The notes beneath the pieces were generated by a model, which had not been told where the DNA came from, made no database searches, and saw only the letters and a program-made list of their open reading frames with translations. Below are positions 14,704 to 28,585 of a stretch of 64,000 bases of DNA, piece after piece. Position numbers and translations under genes: made by a program. Each line of letters starts with the position of its first letter. Positions within the stretch are counted from its first letter, which is position 1. The stretch spans positions 30,430,388-30,494,387 of the forward strand of contig NC_092670.1 in NCBI RefSeq assembly GCF_964355755.1, written 5' to 3'. This DNA is from Antedon mediterranea (taxonomy: Eukaryota > Animalia > Echinodermata).

Positions 14704-16232
14704 TAATTGTTGTTATGGCTGACTGCAAACGTACACACACTCAAAATGCACGGCAATAACTCAATTTGGTTTCTAATTTTTGCATTATTCACTCTAGAAT
14801 ACGTTTTCTCTTGACACAATGTCCCCGGAACCACCGGTAGATGGTGCTGTACACGACTAAAGCTTTCAAGTGACACACTTAATACTTTCGTAGAGAAAAA
14901 TCAGCAGGTAATGACCTAAAATGCCCCAGATATGTATGTTTTAGCCAACATTGTATCGCATGAAACGCATTAGAATGGTTTCAAGAGACGCTGAAAAACA
15001 TACGAAACCATATATATCTGAGCCAAAAAGTACATTTTATTATTTTATTTAAGGTACCTGTGACGTCACAAAGAACGTCATCTTCGGCATGTCTTCGGAA
15101 GCAACGTTCCGGAAGCATTGGGATGATCGGAAATATCACCAAAAAAAGTTCAAAATGATCATGCTGATTGGTCGGTTAAAAAGCTTACGTATATGTTTTA
15201 TTCATTCATAAAAAAACATAACACACAATTATGTGCAACATCAAAACAGCTCAAGACATGCAGTACACCAGTACATTGAAATCCCTTCACCAGGCCATGC
15301 CTTCAACAAACACTGCATGTTAGCCAAAGTATTGTACCTAGTCATTTTGCTAAAACCTTCATCTTTTAATTATTGTGCAGCGGCACAAGATCTATAAATG
15401 TACAAGTAGCCTCTTTCATCTGACCAGACGCAAAACACGGCATTTATCTCTAGTTCCGAAAAACTCTGGGTTTTAGAATCAATACTGATTTGTTGTGACG
15501 TGGTTTCTCGGTGCCACAAACCCATTTTACTCTATTATTACCTGTACTTTGTGCCCCGTGTGGGATTATTCTTTTTTTTTATCATGGATAAAAGATGATA
15601 TTAAATGTTTTTAGCCGACCTATTTCCAAACATAACATGTCGATGTCTATTGAGAGCCACATAGCTGACTTACACTACAGCATCAAACCGTTGACACAAC
15701 CTATTTAATCAATGTGAACACTTATATATATATATAGCGCTCCCTGTGTCATAATTTATGAAATATTAATCTAATTATTATTCATGATTTCTGTTGTGTG
15801 TTGTGAGGCATATATTTCAAATATTTGGCTTTCCTTTTCACGTGACTATCTACTCGAAATAACAATAAACTATAAATAATACACACAGACACACAGCTGC
15901 TTGCCATTTGATTGGACATCATGTGTGGGGTCACCTGGCGTTTGGTTAACAAGAGTATTAAACGATCGCGTGGTAATACTTTTTTCAGTATTTTGGTACG
16001 AAAAAAAACTTATCACGTAGGCCAAACAATTATCAAATTCCAACTGTGTACAGAACAAACAAACTTTACTTCTTTTTTTTTTCAAAATTTATTTACAAAT
16101 TGGTATAATATATTGTATCAGTATTGTAAAACAGCATTTATTTACAGTAATTGTAAAACGTTAGTTAAAAAGCAATTAAATATAGGCTTTTAAAATACAG
16201 TTAAATATAGTGATGCCAGTTAATCCATTATT

Positions 16233-18118
16233 GGTTATCCGCACTTGGTGGATAACCCCTTGTTATTGTCACGATCTTTTTTTTCCTATATTCTTCTTTC
16301 TTTCCACGAATTTTGTTGGCAGCGTAGGCCTATCTCTAATTCTGGCCAATATATGATTGTATAACTTTGTCATAAGATTGACCTGTAGCTGTATAGTATG
16401 TAGATGTGCAAGAAACTTCCTTATACGATTTTAGAGTCGCGCAGCATAAGTTAAGCGCGATTTTATGAATTTAACATAGGTCGATATAACCATACAACAA
16501 TTTAAATTGAAACTTCGAAAATTGTAAATTTATGTCATGCGCTAACTACGGTATCTATGGAAAACAGAAAGTTACGCGCACACGCGCGTTTAAAATCCGA
16601 AAAATTTATTTCTAATCAACTTTCTACGCGTTTCATGTCATTTTGAGCATGTCAAAAATTTCCACGCGCGCGCACGTATCGTTAAAAACATTTTTCTTTT
16701 GCGTGATTTATGATTTTCCAGCCTTTTTTTTAGTAATTTTGCAAATTTTTAACAATTTCGACTTAAAATCACGTCATACGAGCACTTCGAATTGGACAAT
16801 TTGCGCGCATTTTTTATGAAAAAGTTAAAAAATTAGTCAAAATTATGCCTTTTTTAAAACAGTCATAGATTCTAAACTACGTGGTGAAGTTTATTTTCAC
16901 GCTGCTGCTTTAGCCCGCTACGTCCCAGGAGGATGACTCATTAAGAAACCGAAAGTAAAGCAGCAGTTATATATCTAAGGTTGACAGTTTTGCTAAAAAT
17001 GCATACTCGACTGTAATTCTAACGGTTGAATGACAAATCCCAAAGCATTTCTGGTATTTATGAGTCCCATGATATTATATAATTCGCTGTCAGATGATAC
17101 TTCACACTTGAATGAAGTATCTAGGCGTGATGAAGTGACCCCCAGACTTGACCTTAGCAATAAAATAAACTAAAGTGACTGATATGAAACACAGACTCTG
17201 TAACAAAAAATAATATTTGTTCACATGTAAAACAAGAAAAGAAACGTTTAATTATAACTCAAAAACCATTGTCTGACAGACAATTTAAGTATTTTTTGCT
17301 TTAAATTAATTTTTTTTCAGGTAAAATAACTATTATGTGACAATAAAATGACACATTCAAACACAAATTTGAAATAAAAAATATTTTTCAGAGGGACAAT
17401 ATATCTTTAAAACTGTTACGTCAATAAGCGAGCAGCGTTTTTTGTAAGAAATATTTCTTGTTTATTACATATTCTGGAAGTAGATGAGTTGTAGATATCG
17501 GATCATGTATTAATATGGCTAACCGGAGATTATTACGTCATCGTATGGCCACTCGAATATAAAATCATTCCAATAAATTTCAATATGTTATAGCTCCTCA
17601 GAATGAAATAATTATGATTTAACCGTTTTCTGGAAACTATTGAATTGTTGTAGATACGAATTCATGTATAAATTATGCGTATCGGATGATATGACGTCAT
17701 CATATGGCCAGTTCAATTATAAAAGTCGTAATTTCATATTTTGCGTCATAGTTCATGACATTTAAAAGAGAGCGCTTTCATATTCTACGTATCCAAATTT
17801 ATTCAACACGTTGATATGTTGTTGCTCAGATAATTTCCTTCCAAAATTGCTATCCACGTTTTTCATTTTGATGTCATCATCATGGTAAATTGGATGAAAC
17901 GGCTGGTCCCGTTATTTTCACCTATTCTGCACTGGTATGTAGTACGTATACAGTATATAGTGTATACTGTATATACTTAGGCGTATGAGAGCACACTAAA
18001 ATTTGTTCAATGGCATAATCGTTTTTCTGTGCGCAATATTCTAACGTATGACGTGTACATTTTGCGTTTGCGTTGCGGATCACCTAACTCGTCCATAGTG
18101 ACGAGTTCAAATCTAGTT
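16233..18118 (+). mobile_element. Helentron/HINE-like element immediately downstream of the PTCHD3-like stop codon
   Basis: 5' GGTTATCCGCAC...GTGGATAACC hairpin; 3' TGCGGAT plus hairpin AACTCGTC-CATAGT-GACGAGTT plus CTAGTT. Internal 16380-16860 is an inverted homolog of 20390-20880. Confidence 0.5.
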
Positions 18119-18170
18119 AGTATTAATTATATATTATTTATAACATAATTCACACATTTTAAATGTTTCG

Positions 18171-19813
18171 TTATTCACGATTATTATAAGCATGGTTAAT
18201 GTGCATGTTAGATGATTTTTCTGTTGAACTTTCTTCTTTTGGCACGGTGTCGGCCACAGCACCACTCTTTGCACTACCCCCAAGGAATGTTAACAGAACT
18301 GGTAGGAAAAACATACTATGAAGTAAACCAAAAACGATAACTAAAAACAAAGTCTTGAAAAAAATACGGAATATGTAACCATTGGACATTGAAAGGACAG
18401 ATATTCCAAACAAAGTGGACAGAGCTCCTTGGAGAATCGGCATGCCCAATGTAAATAGAGTTTTAATGATTCGGGCATTTTTCGAAACACCATCTGAAAC
18501 TGTGAACGTGTAAGCAATGTGGGCTGAAAAATCAACACTGAACCCAATGCATAGAATGATATTAATCATAGAGATGGAGTCCAAGTTCACATCCCAGTGG
18601 CTCATAAACCCAACTACCCCTGCCTCTATAGATAGGATACACAACACTACCCACACAGAACAAATCGGTTGAGGGATGAAGATCAAAGATACCAGCATCA
18701 TTGCAGCTAAAGCAATACCAAGATTTTGAAGTGTGTTTGGTAAGACTGCTGTGTACTGATCGAAGAAAATAAAAGCTGGATGATATACTGTGATGTCGTA
18801 CTTTGATTGGTCGGCCTTTTCACGCATATCGGACATCATATCTCGTTCCCTATTCGTTGTGTTGATGTCTTTAGTTATTACTAGGCATCTTGATGCGATG
18901 ATAACCCCATCGTCTCCAAACGTGACGTCTAAAGAAAAATGCTCGAATGAAGGATTCGCAAGGAATTCGTACCTTAAGACATGTAATAGTGTGTCAGTGT
19001 CGCTATCGTCAGATATGTTTCGAACATTAAGGTATCCGATGAAACTTCTCAACCAGCAATCCGTCAAGTTTTCTTCGTATGTATATTCTGAATTCTCAAA
19101 AACTGCAAGCGTACTCAAAAGGTCTTCGTTAACAGCAGGTTCCAAACTGTTCAGTTCTTCTGGGAATACCACAAACACAACTGGTCCATACGTTTTGAAA
19201 TATTGTTCTTCTAAGTCATAAAATGGTTTTACGTAGGAGTCATCCAATGCCAGATTTTGTAGTTGTAGGCCCTGCTGAAGATTTAAAATCCCCCATATTG
19301 ACAATCCAACGTAAGCTAGATAAGTGATAATCACAGCAGCCTTAGTGACCGAATGAGTGATGAATGGACCGAAGAAATCTCTGAAGAAAACCATGACGGC
19401 ATGAGGAGATTCTTCTCTTGTCTTGCCACTTGTTTTCCGAGATGGACCTCCAGAGCAACAGATAGCATAGCACTTGTTCGGAGAGTCATCCTCTGGTTTA
19501 ACCCTTAAACACGTACCATAATGTCGATTTGCTCTTTCTCGTTTCCCGCTAATTGCCATACATGCTGCAAAGAAAGTTACCTGGTATAAGTAATCAAATA
19601 AAACGGCCAGTCCCGTGTATGCGCAGAAAATTCGTACGGATGGAAATACCGCTAAAACGCCGACACCAAATGCAAGAGCGTCCGTGACACTAGTGATGGT
19701 TATGGATAGAGCGGCCTCAGACATGGCTTCCCCCATACGTTCTTCAACTTTCCCCCTAATATTCGTCTTTCTCCATGATGCTATCATGATAAACATATCA
19801 TCTACACCAATAC
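18171..19813 (-). CDS. PTCHD3: PTCHD3-like coding exon 2
   Basis: The acceptor precedes IGVDDMF in frame with ORF 18171..19796; remaining TM helices and stop. Confidence 0.87.
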
Positions 19814-22800
19814 CTATAAATAGAAATACCAGTTTATAATGTTAATGCATAATATGGCTAATTGTCTATGATTATGATTTGTCAACTTTCAAAAACAACC
19901 AAATTACGTCATGTTAATTCAGTGCGCGCATGCTGATATATTGGGGCATGTGTGCTTGCTCCCCTTGAGACAGGTTTGATGGTTTCTATAGGTCCAGGTG
20001 ACGACCGATCTTTAATTTCGGCCGTCCGATGCAGAATGCCCAAATTCATGGCGCGCCACCAATGAAAACTAATGTTGTTATGGTCGCTATAAATGTTATA
20101 AACGTCTTTCTTGTTATCATGCTATTGATAATATATTTTTAAAATATTTTGTGTTCAATCTTTCATTTCAGTAATACATTACAAAAAAATTTAAATACAA
20201 TTAAAGACTAATACAAAATGTTACAATTTTTCTATAGCAAAACACAGATCAACAAGGCCAACAGCCATTAAGTCGCGTGCTACAATGCATAGTGATACCG
20301 GACCGACAGACATACTGACGGACAGACCGACAGACAGACCGACCGACCGACATAGTGAACTATATAGTTGCGTCCACGCGACTAAAAAGGCATAATTTTG
20401 ACGAATTTTTGAACTTTTTCATCAAAAACGTGCGCAAATTATCCAATTCGACGTGCTCGTATGACGTAATTTTAAGTCGAAATTGTTTAAAAGTTGGTAA
20501 AATTATTAGAAACGGCTGCAAAAACATAAATCACGTGAAAAAGTATGTATACAACGCTGCGTGCGCACCGCGCGTGAAAAATTTGCGCGCGTATGGGAAT
20601 TTTTGACATGCTCAAAATGACAAGAAACGCGTAGAAAGTTGATTAAAAATTAATTTTGCGCATTTTAAACTTTTAAATGCGCGTGCGCGCGTAACTTTGT
20701 GTAAAACACACATTTTTGTTTCTACCGAAAGTTAGCGCCTGATATAAATTAAACTTTTGCAAAGTTTCAATTTAAAATGTTATTTGGTTTTTGACCTATG
20801 TTAAATACGAGAAAATCGTTAAATCGCGCGTAAATCACGTTGCGCAACTCTAACGTCATTCACAATAGGAGGTGCACAATTTCACGTAAATGCCCACATG
20901 TTGACATCAAAACAGTTAAAAAATTACAGAAAAGCAATAAAACGCATAGTGATACCGGACCGACAGACAGACCGACAGACAGACCGACAGACCGACCGAC
21001 CGACATAGTGAACTATAGAGTCGCGTCCACGCGACTAAAAAGAGTGATGTAGATATTTAATTACCGACTAAATTAAATGGGAAAATCCAACAGTTATTAC
21101 TTGACAAGAGTCCAAAACATAATGTATACATTATTCTCAAATTAAAAAAGAAATTCTGTGTAAGTCTATATTTGCTGAGGCAATTTTAATATATTGTCTA
21201 AGCCTTTTACAAATATATCATTATAATATTTTAACATAATACCGGTACTATAGTTAATTCATATAGGTTTATAATGTGTCACTGACACTTTTTCAAACCA
21301 TTTCATTTTCAGTTAGCATACCGTGATGCTTCCAATATTTTTATTTAATTTGCAAAATTACTTCCTTTTTGTTTTTGTTTCGTGAATATTTATTATATTT
21401 GTGTTTTAAGGTGGCGATAAACAACTATTTTGTTTACCTTAATTCTGAACCTTTTACCATATATATATATATAATACATAAAATTAAGTTTTCTGTCTCT
21501 TTTTTTAAGCCTACATATACCATAGATTTTTTTTTATATTACGCTATAAATGTTATAAACGTCTTTCTTGTCATCATGCTATTGATAATATATTTTTTAA
21601 ATATTTTGTGTTCAATCTTTCATTTCAGTAATACATTACAAAAAATTAAAATACAATTAAAGACTAATACAAAATGTTACAATTTTCCTATAGCAAAACA
21701 CAGATCAAAAAGAGTGATGTAGATATTTAATTACAGTATCTATTCTATATGATGATGTTTGGTTACAGTATCTATACAAGCAAATATCAGAAAAACAGAT
21801 AATAAGGATTGAAACGTTAATGAATTTGATTCCATTGTTTCTATGAGAAAATAGATGAAACAACATTGATAATAATATGATGACCGGTAAACTATACTCT
21901 ACTAGATTAAAATAAAATGTACTTACTTAGAATGAGAATTGGCGTGGTGGCAACAATATCAATGAACGGCACTCTGCAATACATGAGAAAGCCAAACGCT
22001 GAAACTACTGCAAAGCCCGCAGACACAACACCCATCAATGCCAACCATGGTTTGTTCTGAACGTTATCCAGACGAATGCTGGACCAGATTGCAAAGTTGA
22101 TAATAATCGTAAAAGCAATTGTGAATGAAGTAAATACCGAATCGCTAGCGTGTTCGAGTTCAAGTTCGAGAGAACGCGATGTGTATCGGTAAACTTCAAC
22201 CAAGTTTCCATCATAAGACTCTAAAGTTTCCAGGAATGCGTCTTCCCATTTGTCGGCAGTTACGTCATCTATGCGGAGGTAAAAGATTAACTGGATTGCG
22301 GCGGCTGTGCTAATAACATCTGTGTTTCCTTTAAGCTCAACACCACCAAATAAGCTACCGATAAACACATCTTCATATACGGGATAGGTGACGTTCTTTT
22401 CTCTCATAGAAGAACCTTTAGGAAAGGTGTAAACAAAGCCATCCGTTTGACATTCTCTTAACCACTGCAGACAGATATCATCAAACTTTACCACACCCTG
22501 CGAGTCGGTTACTGAAATGTTTTGCACAATTTCAATTAACGTGTACACCTCTGATATAATTTCTTCTGTGATTACATTACCTCCGTCTTTTGCCACTAGT
22601 ATCATTCTTCCGTATCGGCCTAGCGTTGTCAGGCGGTTAACAGTTACGTTGTTATCATGAATAAAGACATCTTCAACCACATCACGCTCGTCCTTAGCTC
22701 GTCCGTTTGTAGGCGTAAACAACTCTTCTACATCTGTCTGTTTTTCGAGATATATCATTCCGCATCCCAATGCGATAGTAATTAACACGGGTACGATTAA

Positions 22801-22887
22801 AAACGGGATGGGATGACGAGAAATGAATTTGCCATAGCGTTTATAAAATGAAACGAGTCGTTTTTCTATGCAATCAAGTTGCACCAT
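18171..22887 (-). CDS. PTCHD3: Patched domain-containing protein 3-like / Patched-related RND-family sterol-sensing membrane transporter; complement(join(18171..19813,21927..22887)), about 867 aa
   Basis: N-terminal RYGKFISRHPIPFLIVPVLIT, 'ELFTPTNG', a luminal loop and WEDAFL. The phase-1 junction (GTAAGT at 21926, TTTATAG at 19814) rebuilds the SSD motif ILILSIGVDDMF. Also SITITSVTD and second-half motifs IGFSVDFSAH and FFKTLFLVIVFGLLHSMFFLPVLL. Total 2604 nt in frame. The family call is firm; orthology to PTCHD3 is less certain. Confidence 0.88.
20251..21040 (-). mobile_element. Helentron-associated (DINE-1/HINE-like) element in the PTCHD3-like intron
   Basis: (GACC/GACA)n microsatellite and stem-loop AGTCGCGT-CC-ACGCGACT, present twice (20290-20388, 20945-21040). 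Inserted in an A/T run with no TSD; the empty site is visible at about 21700. Confidence 0.65.
21927..22887 (-). CDS. PTCHD3: PTCHD3-like coding exon 1
   Basis: ORF 21907..22887 up to the donor A|GTAAGT; TM1, luminal loop 1 and start of the SSD. Confidence 0.85.
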
Positions 22888-25800
22888 CTTGAAGATGTAT
22901 TGTAAAATGAATACGATCAGCTCCTTCCTACTAGGCCTAGCCTACCCAGTTTCGTGACGCGATAAGCGAATAGCAATAAACACTCCCATTATTATGACGT
23001 TAGGTATAGCATACCGACTAAATTAAATGGGAAAATCCCTTACAGTATTATTGCTTGGCAAGAGTCCAAAAACATAATGTACATCATTCTCCAATAAAAC
23101 AAAAACAAAAAACAATTCAGCATAAGTCCATATTTGCTGAGGTAATTATAATATTGTCTAGGCCTTTTACAAATATATCATTATAATATTTTAACATAAG
23201 ACTATAGTTAATTCATATAGGTAATGTGTCACTGACACTGTTTCAAACCATTTCATGTTCAGTTAGCATACCGCGATGCTTCCAATATTTGTATTTAATT
23301 TCCAAAATTACTTCCTTGAATATTTTGTTTTTGTTTCGTGAATATTTAGTATATATATATATATTTTTCTCTCTTTTTTCACGCTGCTCTAGCCCGCTAC
23401 GTCCCATTAGGACTACTCAATCAGAAGCTAAAGCAAGCAGCAGTTATAGTTCTAAGGACGACAGTTTTGCGAAAATGGAAACTCCACTATAATTTATTGA
23501 TTCCAGCTGCTACAGTAGACCTAAAAAAACGTCTGGGAAAAGAGTCTATTAGGACATGTCATGCTAAAATTACAAATCCCCAAGCATTTCTGGTATATTC
23601 ACTGTCAGATATTCATTGAATTATTATCGAAACAGTCCATTAAAGTTTGTGTTTGTAATAGGATACTTCACACTTGAAATATCTAGGGTGATGAAGTGAC
23701 CCCCAGATTTGACAATAAAATTAACTAAAGTCACAGAAATTGAGTATTCACTTCTGTAACAAAAAAATAATATTTATTCACATATAAAAAGAGAAAAGAA
23801 ACCCAAAAACCATTATCTGACAGACAAATTTCATTTGTTGCTTTAAATTACATTTTTTCAGGTAAAATAACTATTAAAATGACACATTCAAAAACATTTG
23901 AAATAAAAAAAAAATTTTCAATAAGCGAGAAGCGTTTTTTGTAAGAAATCTTTCTTGTTTATAGGCCTACCATAGATTCTGTTTTGATATTACGAATGTT
24001 TATTTACATATAATCAGATCACTTCGTTAGAAATGTAAATTTGCAGTATATGTCATAATTTAAAAGAGAGTATAAAACATAGGCTTTATGATAGGCTTAC
24101 GTGATTTAAATAATATTTTATGGCGTATCTTTTTCAATTAACCTTAGTTCACCTCAAGCCTTTAGAACGGTGGTAAGGTAAAACTCGTAATTCGATTCAG
24201 GAAATAATATTTAAAAAAATGCACAATGCCAAATGTATTTTTATCAAATAACTAATACAAATTAAGTACTAGTAATTTTATACTATCTATCGTTACAAAC
24301 AGTAATATTAAATAGAGGCTACACACACACAAAACGAAATTGGTGACAGTTTGAGCAAAATAATATAGTCACTGGTGAAAAACAATATATAGGTGTATAT
24401 AGATAAGCCTCTATGAAATAAGAAAAATTTGAATTTTAAATTATTTTCTTTCTTTTATTCACCTATCAATGCGGATGGGTTAGTTCCCAGCGAATAGATA
24501 AAATCACATCGCAATGCATTAACATTGCCTTTTCTCCAGAAGTGCATATCCTTTGTATAAAAATCAGTGACATTGTATATATAAATATTGTTGTTTTTCG
24601 TGCTGCGGCTTTAGCCAGCTATGTCCCAAGAGGATATATTCATTAAGAAGCTTTTTCATCGCGGTAGCTATAGTATCTAAGGCCGACAGTTTTGCGAATT
24701 TGTAAACTCGATTATAATTTGTATAGGTCCCAGCTGCTGGACCCAAAAAACGTCTGGGAAAAGAGAGTCTATGAGGGCTCACGGTTGAACTATTTTGGGT
24801 TCTCGGCCTTTGATTGGTTGACGGAATCAACAGACTGTGGAGAAGAATTTCTCACTTTACCACCGTGAAGTCACGTTGTTTCTATGTGGGTATTTTAGTT
24901 AATTGACTATGGTTGTATGCCTATACAGGTTATGGTCACACACACAGGCACAGCACACTACAGGTATTTAATCTCTAAATCAAATTCTTCAATGAACACA
25001 TGATGTAATTTCGACAGTTTGAAAAGAAAATTGATTGTGCAAATAATCTTTACGATTCAACATATTTTTATTTTTTACATATTTCTATGGTAACAAAAAC
25101 ATATTTTTAATAAACATTTTGATTGAAAATTGTGTTTATTATACAATTAACTGGTGAAAAAAATGGGCATGATGTGATTTATAATTAAATAGCTATGTTA
25201 GATTTTGTATATTTTTGCGATTAACCAACATATTTTTATTTTGTTACACTTTTCCATGGTAACAAAAACATATTTTCCATAAATTTGTAAAAAATTGTGT
25301 ATTTATAGTATACAATTAACTAGTGAAAAAATGGGCATGTGATTCATAATTAAAAAACTATCTTTGATTTGTATGTATTTTTGCGATTAAAGGACATCTT
25401 TTTAATAATTAATCATTTAATATATCTGATGAAAGAACAGTGAATAATTTTAAAATTTCGAGCGGCGTTTTTTGTAAGAAATATTTCTTGTTTAAGGTGG
25501 GAATAAAAAACAAGTTTGTCTGCCTTCTTAAACACAATGTGACTCAATGTGTCTTCTTCTTCTGTTGTTGATTGATGTTGATTACACATATACCATACGG
25601 CTGTTTATTTGCATTATATACCACCAGACCACTAAAAATGTAAATTTGTAGTGTATGTCATAATGTAAAGAAATATAGTTTAAACACATTATCTTTTATG
25701 ATAGGCTTACGTGATGTAAATAATATTTTATGGCGTATCATCTTAATTTCAAATAACCTTAGTTCACCTCAAGCTTTTATAACGAATTGTTATGTTATGG

Positions 25801-26814
25801 AGATTCAGGAAAGAAAATATTAAAAAAATCTATATAAATGCACAATGCCAAATGTATTTTAATCGAATAACTAATACAAATGACGTTGTGTTATTAGTCA
25901 TAAAAAGTTCACATTTAAAAAAAGACACTTCTGTAATTGTAGGTCCAATTACAAAATTACAGCAAGTAAAATGTAGGCCTACAATGAATAAAGTTAATAC
26001 ATACATTGATTAATATACATACATACATACATATAGGCCTACCCTTTGTTTACATAATCTCTAGTATAGTCTTAGTGGAAAATGAATAAGAAATATGTAG
26101 ATACAGTCTAAGCATATTGCAGTATAACGTATATTAAATAGGGTCTATGCAACAATAAATTAACTTGTAAAGTACTAGACACTGGCAAACAATAAATACT
26201 GATATAGGCCTGTATAAAATAAGACATATTTTAATCTTAGATTTTTCCGAAACCGAACTTTACTATCAATGTGGATGGGATATGTTGCGAAAATTGTATT
26301 GAATAATTACTATCACGTCGCAATTCATTCGTTGCCTTTCTTCGGAAATCCAAATCCTTCGTATAAGAATCAGTGACAGAGTCGTATAGACCTAATATTT
26401 AAAAGAAGTGAGAAAAATAAAACGGTATCAGCAACAGAATAATATTAATACTCTATAAGGTTGGAAAGTAAATCACAGATTAATGTTCTTCAATGAATTG
26501 ATTATTACATTAATAAGAATGATAACCAATAATGTAATCGTTAAAGGTCACTGACATTACAAAACATTCAACCATTATTTGATGAAGAACAATATTACGA
26601 GTCGAGTGTTTGATTATGCCTTTCAATTGATATAATGTGAATTATCTCATAGATAACCTATCAATTAAACAACCGGCTAAAATATGTCAACCAAACAGAA
26701 CATTGTTGTAAGTAGGTTATAAACAATCGGTATTATGATTCATAATTAGGACTACGCGCATGCGTGTAGAGAGTTATTAGTTTATGTAGTGCATTATTTC
26801 CATAACAAACTAAA

Positions 26815-27596
26815 GTTTGATAGTGTAGACACAGAGCTTTACGCACGTATGTCTCGTTTGATAGTGTAGACAGAGCTTTACGCACGTATGTCTCGTTTGA
26901 TATTGTAGACAGAGCTTTACGCACGTATGTCTCGTTTGATAGTGTAGACAGAGCTTTACGCACGTATGTCTCGTTTGATAGTGTAGACAGAGCTTTACGC
27001 ACGTATGTCTCGTTTGATAGTGTAGACAGAGCTTTACGCACGTATGTCTCGTTTGATAGTGTAGACAGAGCTTTACGCACGTATGTCTCGTTTGATAGTG
27101 TAGACAGAGCTTTACGCACGTATGTCTCGTTTGATAGTGTAGACAGAGCTTTACGCATGTATGTCTCGTTTGATAGTGTAGAGCTTGACGCACGTATGTC
27201 TCGTTTGATAGTGTAGACAGAGCTTTACGCACGTATGTCTCGTTTGATAGTGTAGACAGAGCTTTACGCACGTATGTCTCGTTTGATAGTGTAGACAGAG
27301 CTTTACGCCCGTATGTCTCGTTTGATAGTGTAGACAGAGCTTTACGCACGTATGTCTCGTTTGATAGTGTAGACAGAGCTTTACGCACGTATGTCTCGTT
27401 TGATAGTGTAGACAGATCTTTACGCACGTATGTCTCGTTTGATAGTGTAGACAGAGCTTTACGCACGTATGTCTCGTTTGATAGTGTAGACAGATCTTTA
27501 CGCACGTATGTCTCGTTTGATAGTGTAGACAGAGCTTTACGCACGTATGTCTCGTTTGATAGTGTAGACAGAGCTTTACGCACGTATGTCTCGTTT
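26815..27596. repeat. 39-bp minisatellite, about 20 near-identical copies (GTTTGATAGTGTAGACAGAGCTTTACGCACGTATGTCTC)
   Basis: Head-to-tail copies with no spacers and few substitutions; they account for the repetitive ORFs at 26733-27612. Confidence 0.95.
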
Positions 27597-28585
27597 TATC
27601 CATCAAATTCATTTGAACACTTATTATGATATTTGTCGATGTATATCCGGCAATAACAGCGGTGGGAAATAGTCGCGGGAAGAGGCTTTGTAGTATAGGT
27701 TATTGTAAAAATATCAACCAATAAATGTAGTTATAGTGGTCGTGATGCTGTAAAATAAAATAAATAAACATTGAAGAAAACACTTGAAAAAATATGGCAG
27801 ATTGCAGGTAGTAAATATCCATCCGGTAATAAAGCTGGTGATATTAATATATATCAGTATACGTTAAATTGTTTATAACTAAAATAATCATAGACCTGGT
27901 TTTCTGCATATGGTTCCCGTTGGAAGTCTCAAGTGACAGTTCGGATTCCGCAACGCGTCAATGATTGGTAAAATTAATTATCCCAATATACTTTTTACAT
28001 GTTAAAAATTAAAATGAAAAGAAAAGCTATACGATATTATTAAATGACAAACATGACAAATGATTAAGAATAATAAAAACAGACTTTGAATAGACCATTT
28101 CGCAGAATAATAACAAAAAAAAAATAACAAAATTAATCACTTATGTATATTAAATAAACAAATTAGGCCTAAAACTTAAAATTACAGTTTTTTTCAGGAA
28201 AATAATTTTCAAATTCAATTTTTTTTTAAATGAATAACTATTATCTGACATTAAAATGGCATATTATTCAACAATATATTACTTTTTAAATGTTGTTTTC
28301 GATTCAATTTTCAGTTAAAATGAATAATTATTATCTGACATTAAAATGGCATATTCAACAAAAAATTTATTATTGAAGTGGACAATATATATTGAAAGGA
28401 ATTTCAGTCGCTTTTAAATTTTAAAAAGATCGATATTATTATTATTCAAAGCATATGGGGCAATCTACTCCTAGGAGTAGGATAAATCTGGTAACTACGC
28501 TACATGCCTTCCATACCAGCGTTGAACCCCCATGATGAGATCGCTTTCATCTAAATACGAAGGGGATTTCCCACTTCATTTTAAA

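Noticed and set aside
18171-22887. Hedgehog receptor Patched, NPC1 or Dispatched
   Set aside because: At about 867 aa it is too short, lacks the NPC1 N-terminal domain and long cytoplasmic tails, and its motifs fit PTCHD3/Ptr.
26815-27596. Possible CRISPR array
   Set aside because: Contiguous near-identical units with no unique spacers, no cas genes, and a eukaryotic context.
26733-27612. Repetitive ORFs (RKALSTLSNETYV / CLHYQTRHTCVKL)
   Set aside because: Artefacts of a stop-free 39-bp unit (a multiple of 3); no splice or coding context.
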